From a virus (taxonomy: Duplodnaviria > Heunggongvirae > Uroviricota > Caudoviricetes), in IMG/VR virus record IMGVR_UViG_2778261667_000017: a stretch of DNA of 64,000 bases. One strand, written 5' to 3'. Below are positions 28,989-37,936 of the stretch, one piece after another. Position 1 is the first letter of the stretch. Each line of letters starts with the position of its first letter. The position numbers and the translations under genes were made by a program. Below the pieces are notes generated by a model. The model did no database searches and was not told the origin of the DNA. It saw only the letters and a program-made list of their open reading frames with translations.

Positions 28989-30131
28989 CTATGCTGTTTT
29001 GATATCTACGATAATCCAGTCTTTACCACGATCATCATTGTATCGGTCGGTCATTTTTCTGGATTTATGACCTAACAACTTTTGCGTATCCAGACCCTGT
29101 TCCCGATATAACCGTTCTGACAGAGATCGCTGCTCATGAAATGTGGGCGCAGTTCCTTGCTCCCATTTTATGCCACATTTTTCCCTGGCCTTTTTAAAAG
29201 CCGTTGTAAGAGTATTTGCAGACACCTGGTCTCCTCTGTTTGCTTGAGAGGTAGTGTGACGGTAATGGACCAGATATTTACTAACAACAGCATCCCTGCA
29301 CTGAGATATAACTTCACGAAGGGTAATATTCAGAGCATCGCATTTCAGGTTAAGCGGAATAGCAAGTTTTGAACCGGTTTTTTCCTGAGTAATGTGCAAC
29401 ATGTCGTCCCAGATATCAGAGAATTTCAAATTGCAGATATCGCCTAAACGTTGTCCAGTGACAAGAGCAAGTAGCATCCCGCATTTTAAATAGGGCTGCC
29501 GTCTGCTTACGCTGTCAAATATTGCCTGCCATTCGGGCAGTGATAATCTTTGGCGGTTTACTCGATTTCGCGGTTGTTTTGTTGCCTGCGCTGGGTTAAA
29601 TCCTGGCGGAACATGTCCGGCGTGTTGTGCTTCTTTGAAGACGTCGATCAACACCATTCTCACGACTTGCGCCATCCTGTTATGACCTTCAGCCTTTACA
29701 GCATCAATTATTTCGGCAATATCAAGTGCGGTAATATCCTTGAGGTGTTGCATTCCACAATGCTCACGGAAAAGACGAATGGGTTTGCCTTTTTGCCGAT
29801 AGGAGTTGGGTCTTAGTTCATTATGTTGCAGCCTGTCCTCCTGGATAGAAATATATTTATCAAGCCATTCTGTCACCGTAATGTCTGAGCGCCTGCCTTT
29901 CATTCTTTCCAGACGCTCATTGACGCTTAATATTTGTCGGGTACGTTGTTCAGCAATAATGGTATTTGCTTCAGTAGCAACTTGTTTTGCTTCATTCTCA
30001 TCAGTTCCTAAGCTATGAAAACGACCGGATAGTGGATGTTTGTATTGCCAATATACCTTTCCGGTTCGCTTATCTAATTTGCAATATAAATTGGGTATAG
30101 AGATTTTGTGAGATCGGGGGCTAGCAGCCAT
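28989..30131 (-). CDS. int: tyrosine integrase
   Basis: 380 aa; C-terminal catalytic region with ...HEQRSLSERLYREQG...LLGHKSRKMTDRY. Confidence 0.9.
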   Translation of the reverse strand: MAASPRSHKISIPNLYCKLDKRTGKVYWQYKHPLSGRFHSLGTDENEAKQVATEANTIIAEQRTRQILSVNERLERMKGRRSDITVTEWLDKYISIQEDRLQHNELRPNSYRQKGKPIRLFREHCGMQHLKDITALDIAEIIDAVKAEGHNRMAQVVRMVLIDVFKEAQHAGHVPPGFNPAQATKQPRNRVNRQRLSLPEWQAIFDSVSRRQPYLKCGMLLALVTGQRLGDICNLKFSDIWDDMLHITQEKTGSKLAIPLNLKCDALNITLREVISQCRDAVVSKYLVHYRHTTSQANRGDQVSANTLTTAFKKAREKCGIKWEQGTAPTFHEQRSLSERLYREQGLDTQKLLGHKSRKMTDRYNDDRGKDWIIVDIKTA

Positions 30132-30357
30132 CAGCGATTATCCGTTGGAGTTTTGGGTTTGCGTTTATTGGGAGTTGCGGTTCTGCAAGCGTTCCTACAA
30201 AACGGGAATTTCGGTCAATCATCCAGTAGCGACCAACTTTTATAGCGGGTGGGGCCATCATTTTCCCTTGCGCGTATTTTTTCAGAACTCGCTCACTTGG
30301 TGCTAAGTCCCCAAATTCTTCTTTAGCCCAGTCCTGTAAAGTGATTAGTCGAGACAT
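30121..30357 (-). CDS. xis: excisionase
   Basis: 78 aa, overlaps the int start. Confidence 0.7.
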   Translation of the reverse strand: MSRLITLQDWAKEEFGDLAPSERVLKKYAQGKMMAPPAIKVGRYWMIDRNSRFVGTLAEPQLPINANPKLQRIIADGC

Positions 30358-30496
30358 TTGTCCTCCTCTTAGCTGCTGAGGGAGTTTGTGACCGATATAT
30401 CTGACATGATATTAAGCTCATGGCAGGTACATCTCTTGACTGGTCATAGAGATAAATTTAATGCTGAGAAATGCAGTATTGAATTTATCAATTTTT

Positions 30497-30736
30497 CTAT
30501 TTCCTGCGTATGGCACGTAACTTCTTAATGTGTTCTGCTGTATCGATCTCTTCGGCTATCCGCTCTGATTCCACTTTACTCACAGGTTCAAAGTCATGAT
30601 TAAAGCGGAACATGCTGGCGATACATGTTCTGCCTTTTCGGATGTAGTGAACTTTGTTGTGGGTAGAACGCAGGATTTTGCAGGGAGTGCCGTGGTGGTC
30701 GACGTACCAGGTGTTAGGAAAAATGATTCTGAACAT
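30497..30736 (-). CDS. hypothetical protein
   Basis: 79 aa ORF. Confidence 0.45.
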   Translation of the reverse strand: MFRIIFPNTWYVDHHGTPCKILRSTHNKVHYIRKGRTCIASMFRFNHDFEPVSKVESERIAEEIDTAEHIKKLRAIRRK

Positions 30737-30783
30737 TTTTACACCTCAGTTGGACGATGTTGAAATTTGCTGCTTTGAGGCCA

Positions 30784-31002
30784 TTACAATCCCCATTGTT
30801 TGTTCTTAAGTTCGATCTCCTCCTGGCAACTTGCACAAGTCCGACAACCCTGAACGGCCAGGCGTCTTCGCTCATCTATCGGATCGCCACACTCACAACA
30901 ATGAGTGGCAGATATAGCCTGGTGGTTCAGGCGGCGCATTTTTATTGCTGTGTTGCGCTGTAATTCTTCAATTTCTGATGCTGAATCAATGATGTCTGCC
31001 AT
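30784..31002 (-). CDS. TraR/DksA-family C4 zinc-finger protein
   Basis: 72 aa with CCECG...CRTCASC. Confidence 0.6.
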   Translation of the reverse strand: MADIIDSASEIEELQRNTAIKMRRLNHQAISATHCCECGDPIDERRRLAVQGCRTCASCQEEIELKNKQWGL

Positions 31003-31100
31003 CTTTCATTAATCCCTGAATTGTTGGTTAATACGCTTGAGGGTAAATGCGAATAATAAAAAAGGAGCCTGTAGCTCCCTGATGATTTTGCTTTTCATGT

Positions 31101-31382
31101 TCACCGTTCCTTAAAGACGCCGTTCAACATGCCGATCGCCAGGCTTAAATGAGTCGGTGTGAATCCCATCAGCGTTACCGTTTCGCGGTGCTTCTTTAGT
31201 ACGCTACGGCAAATGTCATCGACGTTTTTATCCGGAAACTGCTGTCTGGCTTTTTTGATTTCAGAATTAGCCTGACGGGCAATGCTGCGAAGGGCGTTTT
31301 CTTGCTGAGGTGTCACTGAACAAGCCCCATGTCGGCAAGCATAAGCACACAGAATATGAAGCCCGCTGCCAGAAAAATGCAT
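31101..31382 (-). CDS. hypothetical protein
   Basis: 93 aa ORF. Confidence 0.4.
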   Translation of the reverse strand: MHFSGSGLHILCAYACRHGACSVTPQQENALRSIARQANSEIKKARQQFPDKNVDDICRSVLKKHRETVTLMGFTPTHLSLAIGMLNGVFKER

Positions 31383-31392
31383 TCAGTGGTTG

Positions 31393-31584
31393 TCATACCT
31401 GGTCTCTCTCATCTGCTTCTGCTTTCGCCACCATCATTTCCAGCTTTTGTGAAAGGGATGTGGCTAACGTATGAAATTCTTCGTCTGTTTCTGCTGGTAT
31501 TGGCACAAACCTGACTCCAATTTGAGCAAGGCTATGTGCCATCTCAATACTCGTTCTTAACTCAACAGGAGATGCTTTGTGCAT
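31393..31584 (-). CDS. hypothetical protein (lambda orf63-like position)
   Basis: 63 aa. Confidence 0.4.
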   Translation of the reverse strand: MHKASPVELRTSIEMAHSLAQIGVRFVPIPAETDEEFHTLATSLSQKLEMMVAKAEADERDQV

Positions 31585-31745
31585 ACCGCCTCCCGTTTAT
31601 TATTTATCTTCTCAGCCAGCCGCTGTGCTTTCAGTGGATTTCTGATAACAGAAAGGCCGGGAAATACCCAGCCTCGCTTTGTAACGGAGTAGACGAAAGT
31701 GATCGCGCCTACCCGGATATTATCGTGAGGATGCGTCATCGCCAT
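31557..31745 (-). CDS. hypothetical protein (lambda orf60a-like position)
   Basis: 62 aa, overlaps the exo start. Confidence 0.4.
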   Translation of the reverse strand: MAMTHPHDNIRVGAITFVYSVTKRGWVFPGLSVIRNPLKAQRLAEKINNKREAVCTKHLLLS

Positions 31746-32416
31746 TGCTCCCCAAATACAAAACTAATTTCAGCCAGTGCCTCGTCCATTTTTTCGATGA
31801 ACTCCGGCACCATCTCGTCAAAACTCGCCATGTACTTTTCATTCCGCTCAATCACGACATAATGCAGGCCTTCACGCTTCATGCGCGGGTCATAGTTGGC
31901 AAAGTACCAGGCATCTTTTCGCGTCACCCACATGCTGTACTGCACCTGGGCCATGTAAGCCGATTTTATTGCCTCGAAACCACCGAGCCGGAATTTCATG
32001 AAATCCCGGGAGGTAAACGGGCATTTCAGTTCAAGGCCGTTCCCGTCACTGCATAAACCATCGGGAGAGCAGGCGGTGCGCATACTTTCGTCGCGATAGA
32101 TGATCGGGGATTCAGTAATATTCACGCCGGAAGTGAATTCAAACAGGGTTCTGGCGTCGTTCTCGTACTGTTTTCCCCAGGCCAGCGCCTTAGCATTAAC
32201 TTCCGGAGCCACACCGGTGCAAACCTCAGCCAGCAGGGTGTGGAAGTAGGACATTTTCATGTCAGGCCACTTCTTTCCTGAGCGGGGTTTTGCTATCACG
32301 TTGTGAACTTCTGAAGCGGTGATGACGCCGAGCCGTAATTTGTGCCATGCATCATCCCCCTGTTCGACAGCTCTCACGTCGATCCCGGTACGCTGCAGGA
32401 TAATGTCCGGTGTCAT
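31736..32416 (-). CDS. exo: lambda exonuclease (Red-alpha)
   Basis: 226 aa [40 protein letters not shown], near-identical to lambda Exo from memory. Confidence 0.95.
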   Translation of the reverse strand: MTPDIILQRTGIDVRAVEQGDDAWHKLRLGVITASEVHNVIAKPRSGKKWPDMKMSYFHTLLAEVCTGVAPEVNAKALAWGKQYENDARTLFEFTSGVNITESPIIYRDESMRTACSPDGLCSDGNGLELKCPFTSRDFMKFRLGGFEAIKSAYMAQVQYSMWVTRKDAWYFANYDPRMKREGLHYVVIERNEKYMASFDEMVPEFIEKMDEALAEISFVFGEQWR

Positions 32417-33198
32417 GCTGCCACCTTCTGCTCAGTGGCTTTCTGTTTCAGGAATCCAAGAGCTTTCACTGCTTCGGCCTGTGTCAGTTCTGACGATGCG
32501 CGAATGTCGCGGCGAAATATCTGGGAACAGAGCGGCAATAAGTCGTCATCCCATGTTTTGTCCAGGGCAATCAGCAGAGTGTTAATCTCCTGCATGGTTT
32601 CATCGTTAACCGGAGTGATGTCGCGTTCCGGCTGACGTTCTGCAGTGTATGCGGTATTTTCGACAATGCGCTCGGCTTCATCCTTGTCATAGATACCCGC
32701 AAATCCGAAGGCCAGACGGGCACACTGAATCATGGCTTTATGCCGTAACATCCGTTTGGGATGCGACTGCCACGGCCCCGTAATTTCTCTGCCTTCGCGG
32801 GTTTTGAATGGTTCGCGACGGCATTCATCCATCCACTCGGTAACGCAGATCGGATGATTACGGTCCTTGCGGTAAATCCGGCATGTACAGGATTCATTGT
32901 CCTGCTCAAAGTCCATGCCATCAAACTGCTGGTTTTCATTGATGATGCGGGACCAGCCATCAACGCCCACCACCGGAACGATGCCATTCTGCTTATCAGG
33001 AAAGGCGTAAATTTCTTTCGTCCACGGATTAAGGCCGTACTGGTTGGCAACGATCAGTAATGCGATGAACTGCGCATCGCTGGCATCACCTTTAAATGCC
33101 GTCTGGCGAAGAGTGGTGATCAGTTCCTGTGGGTCGACAGAATCCATGCCGACACGTTCAGCCAGCTTCCCTGCCAGCGTTGCGAGTGCTGTACTCAT
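32413..33198 (-). CDS. bet: Bet single-strand annealing protein (Red-beta)
   Basis: 261 aa [21 protein letters not shown], lambda Bet from memory. Confidence 0.95.
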   Translation of the reverse strand: MSTALATLAGKLAERVGMDSVDPQELITTLRQTAFKGDASDAQFIALLIVANQYGLNPWTKEIYAFPDKQNGIVPVVGVDGWSRIINENQQFDGMDFEQDNESCTCRIYRKDRNHPICVTEWMDECRREPFKTREGREITGPWQSHPKRMLRHKAMIQCARLAFGFAGIYDKDEAERIVENTAYTAERQPERDITPVNDETMQEINTLLIALDKTWDDDLLPLCSQIFRRDIRASSELTQAEAVKALGFLKQKATEQKVAA

Positions 33199-33203
33199 TC
33201 GTT

Positions 33204-33500
33204 TTATACCTCTGAATCAATATCAACCTGGTGGTGAGCAATGGTTTCAACCATGTACCGGATGTGTTCTGCCATGCGCTCCTGAAACTCAACATCGTCA
33301 TCAAACGCACGGGTAATGGCTTTTTTGCTGGCCCCGTGGCGTTGCAAATGATCGATGCATAGCGATTCAAACAGGTGCTGGGGCAGGCCTTTTTCCATGT
33401 CGTCTGCCAGTTCTGCCTCTTTCTCTTCATGGGCGATCTGCTGGTAGTGACGCGCCCAGCTCTGAGCCTCAAGACGATCCTGAATGTAATAAGCGTTCAT
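33204..33500 (-). CDS. gam: Gam (RecBCD inhibitor), short GamS-length ORF
   Basis: 98 aa [21 protein letters not shown]; the upstream ATG at 33621 that would give the long form is out of frame here. Confidence 0.85.
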   Translation of the reverse strand: MNAYYIQDRLEAQSWARHYQQIAHEEKEAELADDMEKGLPQHLFESLCIDHLQRHGASKKAITRAFDDDVEFQERMAEHIRYMVETIAHHQVDIDSEV

Positions 33501-33575
33501 GGCTGAACTCCTGAAAATGGCTGTGAAAATATCGCCCGCGAAATGCCAGGCTGATTAGGAAAACAGGAAAGGGGG

Positions 33576-33719
33576 TTAGTGAATGCTTTTGCTTGATCTC
33601 AGTTTCAGTATTAATATCCATTTTTTATAAGCGTCGACGGCCTCACGAAACATCTTTTCATCGCCAATAAAAGTGGCGATAGTGAATTTAGTCTGGATAG
33701 CCATAAGTGTTTGATCCAT
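33576..33719 (-). CDS. kil: Kil (host cell-division inhibitor)
   Basis: 47 aa [47 protein letters not shown]; the ORF-track 89 aa extension is rejected. Confidence 0.8.
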   Translation of the reverse strand: MDQTLMAIQTKFTIATFIGDEKMFREAVDAYKKWILILKLRSSKSIH

Positions 33720-33852
33720 TTTTTGGGACTCCTGGCTGATTAAGTATGTCGATAAGGCGTTTCCATCCGTCACGTAATTTACGGGTAATTCGTTCAAGTA
33801 AAGATTCGGAAGGGCAGCCAGCAACAGGCCACCCTGCAATGGCATATTGCAT
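33688..33852 (-). CDS. cIII: CIII (FtsH inhibitor)
   Basis: 54 aa [54 protein letters not shown] read from the reverse strand; below ORF-track size cut-off. Confidence 0.8.
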   Translation of the reverse strand: MQYAIAGWPVAGCPSESLLERITRKLRDGWKRLIDILNQPGVPKNGSNTYGYPD

Positions 33853-33924
33853 GGTGTGCTCCTTATTTATACATAACGAAAAACGCCTCGAGTGAAGCGT
33901 TATTGGTATGCGGTAACGCCGCGT

Positions 33925-34293
33925 TCAGGCGGCTTTGATAGTCATATCATCTGAATCAAATATTCCTGATGTATCGATATCGGTAATTCTTATTCCTTCG
34001 CTACCATCCATTGGAGGCCATCCTTCCTGACCATTTCCATCATTCCAGTCGAACTCACACACAACACCATATGCATTTAAGTCTTTCGAAATTGCTATAA
34101 GCAGAGCATGTTGCGCCAGCATGATTAATACAGCATTTAATAAAGAACCGTGTTTATTTAGTCGGTATTCAGAGTCTGACCAGAAATTATTAATCTGGTG
34201 AAGTTTTTCCTCTGTCATTACGTCATGGTCGATTTCAATTTCTATTGATGCTTTCCAGTCGTAATCAATGATGTATTTTTTGATGTTTGACAT
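33925..34293 (-). CDS. ea10: Ea10-like protein
   Basis: 122 aa MSNIKKYIIDYDWKASIEIEIDHDVMTEEKLHQ, lambda Ea10 from memory. Confidence 0.85.
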   Translation of the reverse strand: MSNIKKYIIDYDWKASIEIEIDHDVMTEEKLHQINNFWSDSEYRLNKHGSLLNAVLIMLAQHALLIAISKDLNAYGVVCEFDWNDGNGQEGWPPMDGSEGIRITDIDTSGIFDSDDMTIKAA

Positions 34294-34492
34294 CTGTTCA
34301 TATCCTCACAGATAAAAAATCGCCCTCACATTAGAGGGCAAAGAAGATTTCCAATAATCAGAACAAGTCGGCTCCTGTTTAGTTACGAGCGACATTGCTC
34401 CGTGTATTCACTCGTTGGAATGAATACACAGTGCTGTGTTTATTCTGTTGTTTATGCCAAAAATAAAGGCCGACTATGCGGCCTGAAATTAC

Positions 34493-34726
34493 TTAACCAA
34501 TGATGCTGCATATTCGATAAGGTAAAGCTTTGGGGCCAGCCAAATTTTTAACCAAGTCATATTGGTTACTACACCAATAATAAAAATCCCCCACAGAGTC
34601 AAAACTCCAACCAATGGCTGATAAGAAGGTTAATATCTCCTTTGCTATCCCAAACCATTGTCGGCCTGTATTTGGGATTTCCCCTCTCCCATGAGTATCC
34701 TTCATCACCGATTTTACCTGTCTCAA
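34493..34726 (-). CDS. hypothetical ORF overlapping 34599..34937 in another frame (possible frameshifted continuation)
   Basis: 77 aa, hydrophobic. Confidence 0.25.
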   Translation of the reverse strand: MRQVKSVMKDTHGRGEIPNTGRQWFGIAKEILTFLSAIGWSFDSVGDFYYWCSNQYDLVKNLAGPKALPYRICSIIG

Positions 34727-34937
34727 CTCTTTGGCACTGCTTCTTCATAAACCAGAAAACCAGTGGGATTGTTAGAATGGCTATTAATGTTTTAATCAGA
34801 CTGTCAACCATATTCCATAGCAGCAACTGATGAACAACATCAGGAATCTGCGCTTGGCTGAATGAAACAGCCGCGTCTATTCCATTGCTGGCTTTTTGCA
34901 GTAGTTCTACGAGAATCTTGTTTGCTTGTTCTTCCAT
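34599..34937 (-). CDS. hypothetical small membrane protein (inserted between ea10 and ral)
   Basis: 112 aa with hydrophobic segment LIKTLIAILTIPLVFWFM; AT-rich; no lambda counterpart that I recall. Confidence 0.4.
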   Translation of the reverse strand: MEEQANKILVELLQKASNGIDAAVSFSQAQIPDVVHQLLLWNMVDSLIKTLIAILTIPLVFWFMKKQCQRVETGKIGDEGYSWERGNPKYRPTMVWDSKGDINLLISHWLEF

Positions 34938-34996
34938 ATATCCCCTTGATTGTAATAAGCATGAAATTATTTACGGCCAAAAAATAAAGGCCACCA

Positions 34997-35197
34997 TCAG
35001 GCAGCCTTGTTATTCTGTTTACCAAGTTCTCTGGCAATCATTGCCGTCGTTCGTATTGCCCATTTATCGACATATTTCCCATCTTCCATTACAGGAAACA
35101 TTTCTTCAGGCTTAACCATGCATTCCGATTGCAGCTTGCATCCATTGCATCGTTTGAATTGTCCACACCATTGATTTGTATCAATAGTCGTAGTCAT
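34997..35197 (-). CDS. ral: Ral (restriction alleviation)
   Basis: 66 aa MTTTIDTNQWCGQFKRCNGCKLQSECMVKPEEMF, lambda Ral from memory. Confidence 0.9.
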   Translation of the reverse strand: MTTTIDTNQWCGQFKRCNGCKLQSECMVKPEEMFPVMEDGKYVDKWAIRTTAMIARELGKQNNKAA

Positions 35198-35410
35198 ACG
35201 GATAGTCCTGGTATTGTTCCATCACATCCTGAGGATGCTCTTCGAACTCTTCAAATTCTTCTTCCATATATCACCTTAAATAGTGGATTGCGGTAGTAAA
35301 GATTGTGCCTGTCTTTTAACCACATCAGGCTCGGTGGTTCTCATGTACCACTACAGCGAGAAATCGGATAAACTCTATTCACCCCTACAGAGAGCAAAAG
35401 AGAAACGCCG

Positions 35411-35992
35411 ATGAACAACTCATGGTGGCAGGAACTAATGCATTTTTTCCTGCAAGGAATGACACTTAAACAGTTGATTCATATGCTAATCATCCTGATC
35501 ATATTGATTATTGTTATGCCGGTAAGCGTAAAAGAATGGATAAACCTGCATAATCCAGAAATCCTTCCTCATTACTGGATGTATTACATCCTGTTGTTTT
35601 GCGTTAGCTATGTGCTTAACGGCGTTGTTAATTCCGCTTATCACGCTGTGACTGAAAGAATTGAGGTATCCGCTGCTCAGAAGCGCAAATCTAAAGAAGA
35701 AAAATATGTGCAAGATTTGTTTGATTCATTAACTCTTGGAGAAAGAGCGTATTTGGCATTTGCTGTAGCCGCTAATAACCAGCTACAAACGGAAAAGGGA
35801 GCTCATGAATCAATTTCATTGCTCAAAAAAGGACTCCTCGCTCGAAGGCCTCCTGCTGTTGGATATCCTGATACCGACCGTTTCGTTATCCCTGAAAGCT
35901 ATAGACATGAGTGCTACATTAGGTTTGCCGGGAAGGCAGACAGCCTTATGGATGAACTTATCGCTCAGGATAAGCATGGCAAAAACAAGTAA
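35411..35992 (+). CDS. sieB: SieB-like superinfection exclusion protein (membrane)
   Basis: 193 aa starting MNNSWWQELM with an N-terminal hydrophobic region; plus-strand gene between ral and N as in lambda. Confidence 0.65.
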   Translation: MNNSWWQELMHFFLQGMTLKQLIHMLIILIILIIVMPVSVKEWINLHNPEILPHYWMYYILLFCVSYVLNGVVNSAYHAVTERIEVSAAQKRKSKEEKYVQDLFDSLTLGERAYLAFAVAANNQLQTEKGAHESISLLKKGLLARRPPAVGYPDTDRFVIPESYRHECYIRFAGKADSLMDELIAQDKHGKNK

Positions 35993-36008
35993 TTAGCAAA
36001 TGAATTTA

Positions 36009-36281
36009 TCATCTCGCCGTCAGTTGTTTTGATTTCCGGTAGCCTGCCGCGTAAATGGCTACGTTTGGCAGGCAAATACTTCCACTGCATTCATCTGCCT
36101 TCTTGCAGCGAAGGCTTCCGAGTGATGCTGCTTTGTCTGCTCTGACGCAACCAGAGAGCTTTAGCGCAATTTTTCGCGCCAGTCGCTGTTCTTGCATTGC
36201 CTGCTCACGTTGAGCCTGTCTGCGTGCTCTGCGGCGATTTCTGGCGTTATCGTCAGCCAGATATGTAATGACTACTGCCAT
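36009..36281 (-). CDS. N-like early antiterminator (P22 gp24 type)
   Basis: 90 aa; arginine-rich motif NARNRRRARRQAQREQ; C-terminus ...AIYAAGYRKSKQLTAR resembles P22 gp24. Confidence 0.7.
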   Translation of the reverse strand: MAVVITYLADDNARNRRRARRQAQREQAMQEQRLARKIALKLSGCVRADKAASLGSLRCKKADECSGSICLPNVAIYAAGYRKSKQLTAR

Positions 36282-36481
36282 GTTGACCTCCGATGATTGA
36301 CTTTGGCGGTGACGCGCCGGGTGCTTATCTTCCGGTTGCCGTCGTGCAGCTGCACTTCACGTCACCCCACCCCAAAGCCAACTACTCTTTGGTTCCCGCA
36401 TTTCGGCGGGACAATCCCATCAATGTTAAAGAGCCTGCCAATCTGTTCCGTTTGGCTACCAGCGTCCTGCTGATGACTTAA

Positions 36482-36499
36482 ATTTAAGATTTCTTTAAT
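36482..36499. promoter_or_regulatory. operator-like site in the oL/pL region
   Basis: atttaagatttctttaat, P22-type operator-like palindrome between N and the repressor. Confidence 0.4.
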
Positions 36500-36598
36500 T
36501 GCTGGTCAAGGGTGTTTTTGAAGAAAACTTAAATTTTATTGCGAAGTTTAAGTTTTGCTTTGATTTTTAAAGGAAAGAAAAAAAGGGGCGAATGCCCC

Positions 36599-37249
36599 TT
36601 ATGGAAGGTTTGCTATTTTTGCATCGACAACTACACCGATGATTTTGCAGTTCCCGTTGATCTCAATCATCGGATATTGTGGGTTAAGTGGTTTTAGAAA
36701 CCTTCTGCCAGCATCAATAACTAACTTCTTGAAAGTTGCCTCGTTTTCTCCTTCGAGCTTTGCCACTACCAGCTTCCCATTACGAGGTTCTACTTCAGGA
36801 TCGACTAGTATTATCATCCCTTCCGGGATGCTAAGACCGGCTGGAGCCGTCATCGAATCACCCTTTACGTCCAGCCAAAACGAATCTTCTGAACAATCTA
36901 CGGTTGTATCGTACCAGTTATCTATTGCACGCTTATGATATGGCTCTACAGCTTCCATCCAACATCCTGCGCTTACCCAACTAATTAGAGGATACGAACC
37001 TCTTGGATCATGCCTGCTGTGATAGGCAATGTTTGAAAGACTATCTTCTCCTTTCAACAAGTAATCAGGGGAGCACTGTAAAGCCTTGGCTAAAGCCAAT
37101 AGGTTTTCGCCATTGGGCTCAGTTTCAGAACGCTCCCATTGGGAAATAGCAACATTAGACACGCCAACCATCTTGCCAAGGGCAGCCTGCCTAATCTTAA
37201 GTTCTTTTCTGCGAGCGCGAATACGCTCACCCATCAGTTGTGTATTCAT
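36599..37249 (-). CDS. CI-type repressor (P22 C2-like; helix-turn-helix plus S24 peptidase domain)
   Basis: 216 aa MNTQLMGERIRARRKELKIRQAALGKMVGVSNVAISQWERSE; C-terminal autocleavage domain. Confidence 0.9.
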   Translation of the reverse strand: MNTQLMGERIRARRKELKIRQAALGKMVGVSNVAISQWERSETEPNGENLLALAKALQCSPDYLLKGEDSLSNIAYHSRHDPRGSYPLISWVSAGCWMEAVEPYHKRAIDNWYDTTVDCSEDSFWLDVKGDSMTAPAGLSIPEGMIILVDPEVEPRNGKLVVAKLEGENEATFKKLVIDAGRRFLKPLNPQYPMIEINGNCKIIGVVVDAKIANLP

Positions 37250-37320
37250 AGTTAAGACATCTTAAATAAACTTGACTTAAGATTCCTTTGATAGATAATT
37301 TAAGTATTCTTTAATTTCGG
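37250..37320. promoter_or_regulatory. oR/pR/pRM region with operator-like palindromes
   Basis: agttaagacatcttaaat (37250..37267) and atttaagtattctttaat (37298..37315) in the divergent repressor-cro intergenic region. Confidence 0.5.
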
Positions 37321-37329
37321 AGCGAGTCT

Positions 37330-37515
37330 ATGTACAAGAAAGATGTTATCGACCACTTCGGAACCCAGCGTGCGGTAGCTAAAGCGTTAGGCATTAGCGA
37401 TGCAGCAGTCTCTCAGTGGAAGGAAGTCATCCCAGAGAAAGACGCCTATCGACTGGAAGTCGTTACAGCTGGCGCCCTGAAGTATCAAGAAAGTGCTTAT
37501 CGCAAAGCGGCATAA
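37330..37515 (+). CDS. cro: Cro
   Basis: 61 aa MYKKDVIDHFGTQRAVAKALGISDAAVSQWKE, P22 Cro-like. Confidence 0.85.
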   Translation: MYKKDVIDHFGTQRAVAKALGISDAAVSQWKEVIPEKDAYRLEVVTAGALKYQESAYRKAA

Positions 37516-37623
37516 GCAAATTGCTCTTTAACAGTCATGGTCCTTATTCCCGCCGAAATGCGGGAATACAACGCGCATCAGTTGGTGCGTATAACTTCTT
37601 ATTTGTTAAGGAAATACTTACAT

Positions 37624-37902
37624 ATGCAACTTACAAGTACTCGCAAGAAAGCGAATGCAATCACAAGCAACATCCTGAATCGAATTGCTGTACGTGGTCA
37701 GCGAAAGGTTGCTGATGCATTAGGGATTAATGAATCGCAAATTTCGCGATGGAAAGACAGCTTTATCCCAAAGATGGCCATGCTTCTGGCTGTGCTGGAG
37801 TGGGGTGTTGAAGACGAGGAATTAGCAAAGCTAGCAAAGAAAGTAGCCATGGTGCTGACAAAAGAAAAGCCTCAAGACTGCTGCAACAGTTTTGAGGCCT
37901 GA
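37624..37902 (+). CDS. CII-like transcriptional activator
   Basis: ESQISRWKDSFIPKMAMLLAVLEWGV resembles lambda CII; start at the Met after an AAGGA ribosome-binding site. Confidence 0.75.
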   Translation: MQLTSTRKKANAITSNILNRIAVRGQRKVADALGINESQISRWKDSFIPKMAMLLAVLEWGVEDEELAKLAKKVAMVLTKEKPQDCCNSFEA

Positions 37903-37936
37903 TGTAGAAAGACTGGATCAATCCACAGGAGTCATT

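Noticed and set aside
33576-33845. 89 aa ORF from the six-frame track
   Set aside because: It is kil (47 aa from the internal Met at 33719) with an upstream in-frame extension that overlaps cIII, which is read in another frame (33688..33852).
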